64,000 nucleotides of DNA from Octopus vulgaris (lineage: Eukaryota): NCBI GenBank assembly GCA_951406725.2, contig OX597823.1, positions 113,398,001 to 113,462,000 on the forward strand, read 5' to 3'. Below the pieces are notes generated by a model that saw only the letters and a list, made by a program, of their open reading frames with translations, was not told the DNA's origin and did no database searches. Each line of letters begins with the position of its first letter. The first letter of the stretch is position 1. This document shows positions 1 to 14,331 of this stretch, one piece after another. A program made the position numbers and the translations under genes.

Positions 1-1078
1 ACATACCAATGTAAAGTAAATACATTGCTCGCAGAATATTGAAAGTGCATTTGCACTACAATGACACATGAGATGCGAAATTAATGCGATTCTACAGTCA
101 TTACCACCTCTGCCACCACCAGCTCTGGCAGCACCGGTAACATAAGCACGACTAGCTTCTCAATAAACAACGCCATTGCCAACACAGACGCACCACAATC
201 TTAATCATCAACCACACCAATACAATTTGACCACCATAAGCTAGATGTATTATTGGAAGTCGTATTCCAATGTAAACGTATATTGTTATAAAAGTGTGTG
301 TAAATTTCAACTGAGCCAGTTGTTTGTTCTGACTCGAGGCTGTTTGGAAACTATATTGATATTATCTCATTTGGTTTGTCTTTTGGCTCAATTTTATCTC
401 GTCCTCGCTTGTTGATTCCAGTCTTTGTATTAGGCGTACATTTTGAACATTTTCAAGCCCTCCAGCACATTTACTTACATAAGACGCTGTTACTTTATTC
501 TCAATTCAATTTTAGTTTTCCTAAGAAATTCTTAAACAAACACAAAGAAAAATTGTAGATATCTAATTTTATTTATTTATTTATTTATTTATTTATTCAA
601 GTATACAAAGTTCGAGATATATTTAAAAATAGTGAAATAAATGGGAAGCGCAGCAGAATAACAAACGTTGGAAATCACATCGAATTATATAAGATTTGCT
701 TGTAATGTTTGCCGTTTAAAATAATTGCATACCGTATTTATTGAAATATAGTTTAACTAGTAGTAGCTAAAGATATGTCTGAATGAAAAGTTTAATTTGT
801 AAATCATTGTTATTCAAGGAAAGGATGAATTTTAAGGAACAAATATTTAAGGGTGTGTGGCAGAAGTCACTCTAGCTAAATCCTGAAACTGTGGAAAATG
901 TTTTTGCTATTCTTTAGAAAGATGGTCAGTAAATCAGCATCAATTGAGGTGAAAATGTTGCGTTGTGTTTATGTACTGTCAGTTTCCTCATGAAATCGCC
1001 ATATAAGAAAATTAGATATTAAATACAAATCCTGTTCGGACGTAGTAAATATATCATTTCAGTATTATACGTAGCCTT

Positions 1079-1286
1079 AACGCCGGCAAGCTAATAGTAT
1101 CGTTAACGCACCGGCAAAAATGCTCAGCAACATTTCGTCTGTGTCTATGTTCTGAGTTCCAATTCCGCCAAGGTCGACTTATTTCAGGGTTAGAAATAAG
1201 TACTTGTTGGACACTGGGTCGATGAAGTCAATATAGCCCCCACCTCCGAAATCGTTGGCCTTGTGTCAAAATTTGGTAGCAATATT
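1079..1286 (+). mobile_element. Degenerate tRNA-derived SINE (Nin/Deu-domain-like family, tail type B)
   Basis: Matches by eye the copies at 13274 and 34014 (gttctgagttccaattccgccaaggtcgact...taagtac...ctgggtcgat); ends in ggccttgtgtcaaaattt. Confidence 0.65.
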
Positions 1287-1430
1287 GATTGTGGTCATTT
1301 ATCAGAAACAACAATTTTCACATCAATTATGACGCCGTTTCGTCAATAAACCACCTGACTTGACAATATTTATTCGATTACACCCAATCGGCATTCACTT
1401 ACATAGATCTAAGCATAAATGTTCATATAT

Positions 1431-1511
<81 letters not shown>

Positions 1512-1514
<3 letters not shown>

Positions 1515-1895
1515 CAATAATAAATCTCTGAACGAGATATAAACAGTAACCGCTCGACAACGTAAGGGGTATTAGCCATCTGAATGTGGCTAGCCACTGG
1601 GGGGGGTGGGGTGGTACTGATGCTTTTAGCCCCAGGCGATCAACGTCACCAGAAGGACTTTAGACACTATCTCAGTGCCCTTTTGTTATTTGCAAAGGGA
1701 GGTCATCCACCCTCGAAGACCCGAGTACTACATACGGACTATAGTTTCAAGGTAATTGCCTCTCGTCAACGCATGGTAAGCACCGGTCTTCGATGATGGA
1801 GTCCCCTTGCAAATAATATATGAAACCATATGCTGATAACAGACTTCTAAATCGTCAATTTCCACATATTATATACCCACTACAGAAATACCAAG

Positions 1896-1897
<2 letters not shown>
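1512..1897 (+). mobile_element. Short (TA)n-flanked non-coding insert, probable PLE-derived element
   Basis: Bounded by (TA)n on both sides. Shares motif actg...tttagccc.agg...atcaacg with 52270-52905 (minus). Very degenerate hammerhead-like core near 1785-1844. Confidence 0.4.
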
Positions 1898-1957
<60 letters not shown>

Positions 1958-2039
1958 TTATACAAACATACATATATACATACACACACATACATATATA
2001 TTTATATGCCTGTATTTGTATGTATATATATATCTTCTC

Positions 2040-2425
2040 TTTCATCTTCTATCATTTGCTTGTTTCAGTCATTAGAATACGGCCATTCTGGGGCAACGCC
2101 TTGAAGAAATTTAGCGGAATGAATTGACCTCAACATTTGTGTTAAACTCTTATTGTATCAAATACTTTTGTCGAACTGCTAGGTAACGGCGTCGCAAACG
2201 CATCACACCGGCAGGGTTGGGGGATCAAACAAAGACACAAGGACACACGCGCACGCTGACGCACATACATACACACTCACACACACACATACACATACAC
2301 ACTCTCCGTTTACCACATTCACTCCCAAGGCTGTTGTCGCCTGAGGCTATGGCAGAATACACTTGTCAAGATGCCACGCAGTGGGACTGAACCCAGAAAC
2401 ATGTGGTTGGGAAACAAGATTCATA
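2040..2425 (-). mobile_element. tRNA-derived SINE remnant with internal (CA)n
   Basis: Minus strand reads gggttcagtcccactgcgtggc (B-box-like). Tail ...ggcc..attctaatgactgaaacaag resembles the 49765-49995 tail. Confidence 0.6.
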
Positions 2426-3020
2426 TACAGACACATACACATACCTGCACAGACAACCACACACATACACGCTTTACATCACAACAACTCGGTACGATCC
2501 CATCAAATTATTGCTAATTTGAAACCACTAGCCCGTAGCCGACACAATAATATAGGAGCTTTTCTGCGAACTTACAAACGTTTCCCGTGAACGATCTTAA
2601 AACACACACACATATATATATACATACATGCATATATATATATATATTTCTATATATATATACATACACACAAACATCCACACTATATCCATATACATAA
2701 ATACACACACGCGACTATTTACTGTGTGTATGTATACCAGTGTGTACGAGAGAGAGTGAGTGAGAGAAAAGGAGAGAAAAAGAGAGGAGATGCTGCATGT
2801 GTATTTTTGTGTGACAACGTGGAATGCTTATTACACGTTGTGTTAGGAATACAGGCAATCTGATATAACTTAGTCTTGATAAATTGGATTCTTTCCTAGT
2901 TTTGACAGGTTTTGTTCTGTTGACGACAGTCAACCATATTCACTGGGGAACTAACTGCAGGAAACCTGTAGATATATACAATAGTCTTGCTCATAAGCAA
3001 AAATATGTATGAATGCCTCC

Positions 3021-3068
<48 letters not shown>

Positions 3069-3106
3069 GTATATAGAGATAGATAGATAAATAGACAGAT
3101 ATAGAT

Positions 3107-3147
<41 letters not shown>

Positions 3148-3439
3148 CATATACAATCATATTATGGAGTATAACTCCAAACTTACAGGGAAAAATTCAA
3201 TTTAGTATTAAATCAAATTTCTCAGTATAAATATATAAAATATGAATTAGAGATAAAACCACTATTATGCAACTCAAACAGTGATAGATATAGCCAATAC
3301 ATAAATAGCAAATAATATATATAATTAATATAATATATAATATATATATATATATATATTTTATATATATATATTTTTTTATATATGTAAAAGTTTTTCA
3401 AAAAGTACAAAATGAATGATAAATATAATATAAGTAAAA

Positions 3440-3540
3440 ACACTACGTACGTTTCATGGCTATAATTAAATTCGAATTACAATTAAGTTTAAATTCAATT
3501 GAAATAAATTCGAACTAAAATTATAGTCAATCTTCAGGTT
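3440..3540 (-). ncRNA. Type I hammerhead ribozyme motif, long stem II
   Basis: Minus strand: aac CTGAAGA ttgactataatt...aattatagccat GAAAC GTAC GTA gtg; palindromic stem III ACGTACGT. Confidence 0.6.
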
Positions 3541-3659
3541 AATGATAATAGTTAAATAAATAAGCATATAAATTAATAATTATTCTATAAGAAAAATTGT
3601 TATTTTATTTCTTAAATGAATATTGTTTAACTCTGCTTATTTATTTAACTATTATCATT

Positions 3660-3757
3660 AACCTGAAGATTGACTTTACTTTTAGTTAGAATATTATTTG
3701 TAATTCGAACTTAATCGTAATTCGAATTTAATAATAGCCATGAAACGTACGTAGTGT
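3660..3757 (+). ncRNA. Type I hammerhead ribozyme motif (second arm)
   Basis: CTGAAGA at 3663, GAAAC at 3742, then GTAC and the GTA cleavage triplet at 3751-3753. Confidence 0.55.
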
Positions 3758-3956
3758 TTTTACTTATATTTATCATTCATTTTATACTTTTCGAAAAATA
3801 AATTTTATATATATATATATATAATATTATATTATATTATATTATATTATATTATATTATATTATATTATATTAATTATATATTATTTGTTATTTATGTA
3901 TTGGTTTATGTCTATCACTGTTTGTGTTGCATAACAGTGGTTTTATCTCTAATTCG

Positions 3957-4011
<55 letters not shown>

Positions 4012-4084
4012 TATATACATATATGTGTGCGTATATATCATTTAACGATGGTAGTAGTTGAATAATATACTGAATTTACTCAAA

Positions 4085-4690
4085 CGCAGCATCTTTGGTG
4101 AACAGATTTATTACATCTAGACTCACCATCTGCTTGGATTCAATGGGGGTATCCTTGATCAATTCTGTGAAGTGGGTGGAAGTTTTCATTTACGATGTTG
4201 ATTTTCCTGCTAATGTACTCTATATTTCAACAAAGAAGCGTCTCAGTGAATGACATGTTGAATCTCTACAGCTCACTGTACATCTTAATTGAATACCATC
4301 CTTGTAAATCGTAGGGAGACCGTACTTGCGTGGTAGTTTACTGTAGTGTTGAGTCAGTTGTTTGTACTTCATTGGTGTAAAGTGATGTTTGTCTTGATCA
4401 AGATCTGTGACAACTTCCTCTCTGTTTTCAGAGTTGGTCTTTCTTTACTTTTCTGTAGTTACAATCACTTATAAGACTTGCCAATTTTTGCGAGTAGTGA
4501 GACTTGTTCATCACCGCTGTAGCATTTCCCTTGTCCGCCGGAAATGTTGTGATTGAATTGTCACTATGTAGTCTTTTGATAGCGAACATTTCATTCTTAG
4601 TGATGTCCGGTTTGGGAAGTTTCGCTTTTTCCTAGTACCTGTCTCACATTCCCTTTTAGTTCATCTCCTTGACAAGGAGTTAGTTCATGT
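4085..4690 (-). pseudogene. Penelope-like element RT, N-terminal part (degenerate)
   Basis: Manual translation gives ITTFPADKGNATAVMNK and KLPRKYGLPTIYKDGIQLRCTVSC...THFTELIKDTPIESKQMVSLDVINLFTK, matching PLE RT motifs ADKG, YGLPKIHK and SFDV.SLFT; contains stops. Confidence 0.85.
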
Positions 4691-5046
4691 GAATTCAATA
4701 ACGCCATGCATACAATTCACAATGGAAAAGGAAAACGACAATTAGCTAGCAATCCTGGACTTATTAATAACACGCACCAAGTATGGATTCAGGACATCCG
4801 TATACCGCAAGCCGACCTTCACTGGACGATACCTTAACTTCACGCCATCCATACAGTGTAAAGAGAGGGATTGCTCAGTGCCTAAAACATCGAGGAAAGA
4901 ATATAAGTAGCGATCATGATACTCACCACGAAAAAATGATCAAGCTCAGTAACTACCCCAAAACATACTATCTACTACAATTATGAAGAAAGGAGGGGAT
5001 GAAACCAATAAACTGACTAGTCTGTCTATCCTATGTGAAAGGTCTC
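4690..5046 (+). pseudogene. Penelope-like element RT, C-terminal part (degenerate), inverted relative to the adjacent N-terminal part
   Basis: Manual translation: IQFTMEKENDN*LAILDLLITRTKYGFRTSVYRKPTFTGRYLNF...HPYSVKRGIAQCLKHRGKNISSD. Confidence 0.85.
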
Positions 5047-7964
5047 AATTTCAACTTTGGAAAATAGTGTACAATTATTTGCAGTCATTCAGGTTTTGTT
5101 CAAACGTAATCTTAACTTTAACACTGATTTTAAGTACTACCAACAAATCCTAACCGTAACCCCTAGTCTTTATCCCTAACCTCAAATTCTGCTTTAAACA
5201 CACATCCTAAGCTTATCCTACTATTTAGGGACTAATTTATACCTGACCTTAATGCGGAATTTTTAACCTTACACTTAACACTATTTTGTTATAGAATAGC
5301 ATTCTATTTTAAAAGCATATACTTTTAGAAATATTTTGAAAATGGAGAAGCTACTACCCCAACATGTAACTTTAAACTAAACAAGAAAGATTTTATTTGC
5401 ATAAATATAATCTCTTGTGTATAAATTAAAGAATCGAGATAAAGTTTCGAACGTAAAGAAAATGTATATGATATACTATATTAAATGTTATAAATTATAT
5501 AATGTTATATCTTATAAAATATATACTTTGGAAATGTACTTGATTGGCTTTATGTGAGCATTCATGTCTTAGAATAGAGGAAACAGGATCCATCCTTTCA
5601 TTGTAAAACACGAGCGGCCAATTTTTCGTTCCAAACGTCCTTATTGGTGTATCCGAGATGGATATCTATCATCGTCTGTTTTCGTATATTTAATGAAATT
5701 GTTGAAATGATGTTGCGTGCACTAGTCGTCTTTCTTGAAAGTGCAGCTTGGTTCAAATAACCATATGAACCAATCAATATTCGATTTTAGAGTGTCTTAA
5801 AATTGTTTGACATTTTCTTAGGTGTGGAAAATGTACTAATGTCATGGAAATAATCTCATCAAAATGAATTATCTTTAGAAGCCAAATTGATATATGTTGC
5901 AGGGTTAGTTTTTGCCATTCAGTCGTGTATGCCTAGCAACGTACTGGTCGAATTATGTGAAACAATTTGGATGAAAATCTTTTATCAATAGGTTGTGTCT
6001 ATCATCGTCTCCGTTAAAAAAATTCAAGGAATGTTGTAAACCATCATATTCACGAAGAGTTTCATTTATGAACTTCATGCTATAGTCACTACATTTGAAA
6101 GTGATATCTCGTTTACCTTGCTGTACTCCAAGAAGAATAATTGCAGCTTCGTTAACACTCAGGAACATTAAATCATGTTTTCTTACTTACCTTTGTCAGT
6201 ATTAATGACATCTTCAAAGTTCCGAGCTGAAATACATTGTAAAGCATACTCATAGTTTCTGAAGTAATAATTCCTTACACGCGGCACTGTCTAGTGCAGA
6301 GTACACTTGAGCGAAATTATTCTCTCCCCTTTATTAAATAAACGTGCATTCGAATGTAGCAGGTAACAGCTAGACTTTGGCTGTTATTTGGACCCCGTTG
6401 TGTCCACTACTCAGATTGCATGGTATTGGCGCAATGTGTCTCTTATTTTGTCGCGCCAATTTGCCGCGTATAACCAATTAGAGCTTCAAAATACTATCGT
6501 CAAATCACACAGTTCTTACAAACTGGTGACCCGACTTAGAACACTCACCTCGTCCCCTAAGCTCTAAATCTGTACTTGGACAATTCTTATTGCAACAATG
6601 TGCCTAGTTTTGTATGCACTCAGAATATATACATATAGAAATGTGGATCTTTTGCTCTGTAAAATCTTAAGAGTGCCAGTTCTACGGTAACTTTGTGCTT
6701 GCACTTTAAAAGTGTGCATAAACCACTTTACCAAATAATTTTGCCCCAAGGTGTATCAAATATAAAACACAATCGTGTGTTTCAATGTTTTAAGAAAATA
6801 TTTCGATTCTCAAGTGATACCCAAAATGAAAGTCATTATAAATTCTGGATGTTCAATTATAGACCTTATCATACGAAAGACATATACTTAAGGATACCTT
6901 TCTAGCATGAGACATTTTGCACATAGAACCTATGTAGGTACTTTTTTCAGATGTATAACATAGATTCATAATTAAATGCCATACCCTACCTTCATACTTA
7001 TCATTCGTGTTTTTGCAGATTGTATTCCTGATACTTTAGCTTTTCAAAACCTATATTTTATATCTTATTCCCTTGTTATCCATTAAGCCTTGTTTTAAGT
7101 CTCTCCCTTCGTTATTTCGCTTTTATATCTTCGTAGTAGCTGTCGTCAATTTCCCTACTATGTAAATATAAATATGTTTCTCTCCTTAACCGATCGACCT
7201 TATTTAATGAAGAGAGGGACAGAAATTTCATCGCTGTGTTTGCGAGACGAACAAAAATTGAAACATTGCATGATAAACTAATAACAGTCAATTCAATATT
7301 TACCTGCGCATGTATGTTTTATATTCCTCTATTTCGCTATTAGGAAAATCAGAATGAAAATGCCTCCAATGTTTTCATATATGCTGTATGACTTCTCGAT
7401 GAGCTTGGAATCTCTTGCTCAGATCGGGCAATAGCGATAGAATTCTAAACAGACAACCACCGCCCATGACTTTTTAAAGAGAAATATTCATCTGATGTTG
7501 TCCAGTATTTTTCAACTTAAACTCTTGTTTTAAACGGTGGATGGCTTCTTCGCAAAAAAAAAAAACTGTGATATAAGTCTAAACAATACCAATTTCCTCT
7601 TAAGAAAGCTGCTTTATAATTTCACGATGGATGACTAGCTAAGTAAAATTTTATGAATAGCGAAGCAGTATGTTTTTCTTTATCTTCCATTTTGACTTAC
7701 GACGAAATCCTGGTGAAGAAAACGGAGATTAATAATTTCTTGTAGAATAAGTTATATGATTCGAAGCAATGTGTGTTTTTTCATCAGAATTTATTGTCTG
7801 CCTACAACTTGGAAAGAAGGGAATGCTTGGGTTGGTTTCAGATACTTTCGGCTTAAACGTTGTTTGTGTAACGCTTGTATGTATGAGTCTGGAACAGACG
7901 TAGAGTGAAGAGACGAGAATGAAAGAGTGACCAGAAAGATAAAGAGAGAAGCAGGGAAGAAGCC

Positions 7965-8035
7965 AACGTAGGATACAATGAGGGCAGTAGTGGTTACCTC
8001 TCACCTATATGGCTGTGAAACGCAGGCAATCTACA
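7965..8035 (+). mobile_element. Tiny RTE-clade LINE fragment
   Basis: [18 protein letters not shown] resembles the RTE post-RT motif AVVLTTLLYGCETW. Confidence 0.5.
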
Positions 8036-8188
8036 TGTGTTTGTGTGGACATATGTATGTGTGCGCGTGTGCATGCGCATGCCTGTATGTGTATGTGTGT
8101 ATATATATAGTACCTATACATATATATATGTATATATATATATATAAACATATCTACATACATGTGTGTATACATATACAAATAATAT

Positions 8189-8250
<62 letters not shown>

Positions 8251-10580
8251 TAACACACACATTTTCTTACCTATTTGTTGTCACTGTTTTAGTATTTAAT
8301 AGGCTGCATGCGCACGTGTAAGGAAGTGTGTACGCGTGTGTCATGTAGAGAAGAAAGCGTCTATCTCAATGAAAACTTTTGTAGTGTTATTAACCCTCTA
8401 GTACTGCACTTAGTTACATACGACTCACATCAAACCTTTTGCTCTTCCTACTATTGCATAAACAAAACCACCCCTACCCAATCCCCTTTTATCAGTCATG
8501 AGATAAATGTACATGCAAATGATCAAGATAGGGACCCAAATAGACACTTTAACATTAATTCGTTTTTACATTGGTTTTTTCTCCACAGTTTCTATTTGAG
8601 GTCTTATATTGTGCTTCGTTTTGAGCATCCATCAATATTAAATGAAATCTATCACATTAATATTTCAAATCTCGGTTCCAATGTCAATCGTTGGTGCCTT
8701 ATGGATAAATATATATTCATATTTTAAACTAGATGAGATATGTGAGAATATGAACTTGGAAAGATACTTTTTTTCTGAAGAAAGGGACAAGGTAAAAGGG
8801 AAAGATTATAAAAGGAACACAACAGAAATATGAACATAAAATAAAAAACCTTATAAGTAGCTATGATTCATTTGTCGGAAGAGAAGCATTATCTAACTAA
8901 AGAAACCAATTTCTGTCATTCATTGGAACTGTACTATAGACACCAAGTCACGCGCTACTCAACAGAATAAAGGTAATTCTTTACGAAATTCTTTACAAGT
9001 TTGTACATTAACGTGGGCTGAAAATGCCTAAAACATATTTCTGACATTTGGGAGTTCTTATATTTGCAATGGTTTCTGGTTTGCGATCTTGTATAAGGTT
9101 TGTCATGCCTGAAAGATATGTCGATTATAAATAATGAAATACAGATTAGAAAATGCTGTTATAAAAACATGACTGACAGAAATATTCAGAAAAACGTGCC
9201 ACACATCTTTCTGATTGCGATGAACCCGAATGCATTCACTAAGTACACATAAAATGAGTTATCAATAGCAACTGTATCGATGCACAAGGACAAAATGCCC
9301 TGACAGTAAGGAATATGATATATGCACTAAACTCAGAAATAGCTAATATCAATGGATTAACATTATGACATTTATTTCATACAATGAAGAAAGCTTTTGT
9401 TAAATGATTTGCCTCAGAGACCAAACGCATTTTCTCATTTCGCATTCATCTTAATATGGAAAACTGGTACATTACATATGTTAGATAAGTGAGGTTAAAG
9501 AAATCATAATTCTTGTAATAAATGGTCTCTTTTAGTGTATGGATAAATCCTTGGAGGTTCCTTGATTGGAATCAACTGAAAGTCACAAAAATGGATGAGA
9601 CATGTCGGAATGCTTCCTGCAGCAAATTCTACATAACGAGAAAGACATATATTATTCATGCCACTTCTCTATTAAGCAATGAAAAATTTGACAGCAACTT
9701 TCCAACGTTTTATTTGCTATTGTTTATTTCCCTGCAAATCTCCAAAACCTCAGGGAAATTAAGTGCCATAACTGTAGTTCTTTACATTTAGCGAACGTTT
9801 ATGAAGCTAAGATGAAGAAAAAAAAGTGTCATTATACGAAAGAAGAGGGAGCATTCGAACTAAGTTAATCCATCAATGTATTCATGGTGTATGGACATTT
9901 CTAGCTGTATGCATTGATAATGTCAATACGTTGTATATTTAGATATATGAAACATTGGCAACTTAATGAGAGTAGCCGATCAGATTAAATCATCGTAAGA
10001 TTAGAAACAGAAAAGGGATTTGTAATGTACAAAAGATTAATTTATGGCCTTTGACTATATTATCAACATATAAAACGATTGCGAAAGAGGGGGATGCCAA
10101 AGGGTAATATGTGACAAACTGTTCGTTAATAGCAAATCGTTGCATTGATACATCAATATTTGAATAGAAGCATTAACGAAGGGAATATAAATATTTATAT
10201 CTATCTTTCTATCTACGTCTTTGTGCGTGTATTTATATATATATATATATATATATAATACATATATGTATAAATTTATGCATATGTGTGTGTGTGTGTG
10301 TGTAAGTGTGTGTATATGTGTGTGGGTGTGTGTATTAAGTATGTTGATTATAAATATATACAAATATAAATGTGCCTCACACATAATAATATATAAGGAA
10401 ATATGTTTGTTAACGATTGCTCTTTCAGATGCTCTCTCACTGTCTCTCTTTCTCCGCTAATGAACTCCTTTTCCTCTCCATACTCACACACACACAATTA
10501 CACAGTCAGACAAACTCAGTTCCACACACACACAATAATACACATGCACATACGAAGATACATAAATAAATATGACTATG

Positions 10581-10622
<42 letters not shown>

Positions 10623-11072
10623 GTATCTAAGAATGTGTGTGAGTATGTATTTGCGAATCTGTCTCTGCGCGTGTGTATGTATACATACATGTATATGTGT
10701 TGGGGTGTGCGTTTCGGTGTGTGCAAGTTGATATGTAACTAAACGAAAGAAAAGGATCGATATTGTTTACAAGAGGGGAATAACGTTTAATAAATGCTGA
10801 GTTTTTTTTTGCCATTTACTGAGTTATGGCTTCTCGTTCCCGATGGAAGATGGAGAACGAGAAACTCCGAGTAAGAAGACACATTAAATAAGTATATAAA
10901 TACATTAACTGTACACACATACACACTCACACACACATACACACACGTACATATACACACACGCAATCATAACACTCAAACATATATACAAGCACTCAAA
11001 TATACGTTTGAAGATGAGGATACATATACATAATAATTCTACACACACATATGTACATATGTGTGTATATAC

Positions 11073-11135
<63 letters not shown>

Positions 11136-11209
11136 ACATATATATATATATATAATATATATATACATATATATTCTTAATTTTCTACTCTTCACACACT
11201 TTATGTTAC

Positions 11210-11285
<76 letters not shown>

Positions 11286-12576
11286 TTGATTTTCCACTCT
11301 TCACACATTTTATGTTATGTTAATCAATTTCGATTTTGTACTGATATCAAATAGAAAATAAGAGAATATTGATACACATCGCAAACATTGCAAACATTTG
11401 TGTGTGTATTTTTTCCTTTGGAAATCCTCAGAGGAATGTTACTCACGTTTTATTGGAATATTCTATTGCAATATTTGTCAATTCTGCAATATTTATAACG
11501 TAATTAAAGCTTCATTTCCTGTAACCGTATTCAATGTCATTCTGCAGTATATTTAAATGAATAGGATGAAAAAAAAAAGAAACTATAAAACAAAACTTGT
11601 GTAAGTATACTTTGGGTAGAAAAAGTAAAGCAACGAAGAGTAATCGTTAATTGCTGAATGCAATGTTGTTTTCTAATGTGATTCTGTAATATATACATGT
11701 CAAACGAAATATACTCTTTAAATACAGGCTACTAAATGACTTAGAATATTGATGAAAAAGCGAATAGATCACCGTGTAATAGAGTTTGAGATAATTAAAA
11801 TATTTCCAGGTATAGAGAACTTTATATCTGTCACCGGATGATACCATAAATGAATCAATATAATCATGTTTTGTGAAGACGAACTTCGACAAGAACTACA
11901 CGCATCTTCGTGATACGGAATCTATGAAAAATAAAATGGAAAAAATAAAAACTTTAGTAACCTGAAAGAAATTATCCAAACTATCTAATGAATTATCAAT
12001 GTTATTTAATATATTTATATTATCAGCTTTTGGTTTGTTTTGCTTTTTGTTACATTTAAAAGATTATCAATTTTTATATTCTATTCGTATCTTGAGCGGT
12101 GATTTTAATTAACATACTTTACGAGAGAGAAGTGAAACTTAAAAGCAACATTATCGGTCCATTGTTTTTGTTATTTTTTTTTCCATGAAAGATGAGAGTT
12201 CATTATGATATTTCTCTTAATATGATATCCTGTAAATCAGTGTTTAAAAGGCAGGTGTTCCATCATCCTTTTCAACTTTGATATCTTTCAAATCCTATTT
12301 TCTTGATGTTTAAAAGAAGAGTTATACAATAAGGAACAAAACAGAAATCCCTACAAAAAGAAAAAACAGCCACTACTTAAGTAGAAATATACGAGCTAAC
12401 GTGATGCACGATGTATTCCTGGGTAAATTTTTTTCAAACTTGGATGCTAATTCATTATCTAATAATTCTTGCTACATACATACAAACAAACATACATACA
12501 TACATACACATACACACACATATATACATACATACATACGTATGTATATATATATATATATATGTGTGTATGTATA

Positions 12577-12637
<61 letters not shown>

Positions 12638-13273
12638 CGTGTGTGTGCGCGCGTTTGTGTCTGTAGTATAAAACGTTTGTGTGGAATTTAAATATTGATT
12701 AACGTAGTCTTATGTTCACATGTTTTAATATAGGTAACGGATGATTAAATCCTAGGAGTCTCGGAAATATCGAGAGAAATATGAAAAGACAGATGATATA
12801 AAAGTAGATGTTGCACGCAAAGTGCACATGAATTAAACAACTCACTACTGCATCGGATATTTATGTATTTTCTATATATTTTAATGTTAAAAACATATAT
12901 CGACGAGGATTTATATTTCAGATTCCGAATTGATAAAGTTTCATACAAATTGCCGCCATGTGGTATGTAGTTACTCTTCGTTAACATTCGTAATTGAAGA
13001 ACACACTCCAAATTAACTTTGCCATTGTTCCTTCAGGACTAAATAAAATAAATACCGTTGAACTACTATGGCTTGATATCTTTCACACTGATTCACTTTG
13101 TTAGAGCCTTGTTATATAATACCGGAAACTGTATTAGCTCCCCCTCCTCCCTTCTTCTTCCTCCACCTCCACCTTCTCTCCTCCTTCCTTCTTCCTCCTC
13201 CTCCTCCTCTACCACCACCCATAAAAATGCTGAATTGGCAGAATGGAAAGGATATCGAAAAGAAAAGTGTTTA

Positions 13274-13508
13274 AAGGCGGCGAGCTGGCAGAAACGTTAA
13301 CACGCCGGGCGAAATGCTTTGCGGTATTTCGTCTGCCGCTACGTTCTGAGTTCAAATTCCGCCGAGGTCGACTTTGCCTTTCATCCTATCAGGGTCGATT
13401 AAATAAGTACCAGTGACGCACTGGAGTCGAGGTAATCGACTTAAACCGTTTGTCTGTCTTTGTTTGTCCGCTCTGTGCTTAGCCCCTTTTGGGTAGCAAA
13501 GAAATAGG
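13274..13508 (+). mobile_element. Full-length tRNA-derived SINE, Nin/Deu-domain-like, tail type A
   Basis: Head ggcggcgagctggcagaaacgtt (A-box-like), gagttcaaattcc (B-box), core gcctttcatcct..gggtcgat..taagtaccag, tail tagcccctttt gggtagcaaagaaatagg. Confidence 0.85.
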
Positions 13509-14331
13509 AAAGAAAGGTGTTTGATTCTGAAAATATATAAAATGTAGAACAAGATGGTAATGGATTGCAGAATCAGCTGCGCGTCGGACAAAATGCCTGA
13601 AAGAATTTAGTTACATATCTTCACATTGTTACTACAAATATCACTAAAATCATCTTTTTGTTTATGTTCCTAATTCTAGGGACTAGATATCAGTCATATA
13701 CTAGGGTCAATTATATCTGTTGTTCCACTCATCCCAAATATGTTGTCTTCTTGCTGTGTTGTAAATCAATATTAAAAACGAAATACGAAAAAACAAATGC
13801 TTTTCGTTTTTAATGGGAAGTAGACTATATTGTTATATTTTGAATTTTTCTGCAATTTTAATGCAGAAATCGATTATATATTTATTTTTTGATTTCCTTT
13901 TAAGTAATAATATCGAGTTTAGTTGATGAGACAGTATATTGCATGAATGAATTTTTGGAAAGGAATAAGAAGGTTTAGCTAAGAAATAACTGAAGTATAA
14001 GTACAGATGTACGTGTAGTGAATGAGCAAACAAATATTTGTCATATATTGTGGAGGCGTAAAATATGAGTTTATGCATTTTTCTATATCTATGCACTTCA
14101 TATGCACGCACATAGAGAATTATACGACCTATGACATGCAAAAATATAAAGATGCATACACATTTATAATCATATACATACAACAGGTATACATAAAGTT
14201 CTCCAGTAGAACCAATATGACACAATCAATGCTTGTCATTACGACTAAGAGGCGGCGTTTTAGAGCGTATGACATAGTGTAGAAAAGGGTGAACGTTATA
14301 TACACTTTTTTTAAAGATTAAACAATAAACA

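Larger units (their letters stand above)
3231..3968. repeat. Fold-back inverted repeat (arms about 3231-3586 and 3618-3968), probable inverted PLE pseudo-LTR pair
   Basis: aattagagataaaaccactattatgcaactcaaacagtgatagata is reverse-complementary to tctatcactgtttgtgttgcataacagtggttttatctctaatt. Each arm carries a hammerhead motif. Confidence 0.85.

Noticed and set aside
5130-5280. Interstitial telomere-like CCTAAC/TTAGGG repeats
   Set aside because: Too degenerate; no tandem perfect units.
10815-10880. Hairpin ttctcgttc/gaacgagaa followed by GAAACtccgaGTA
   Set aside because: No CUGAnGA at the required position, so it cannot be called a hammerhead.
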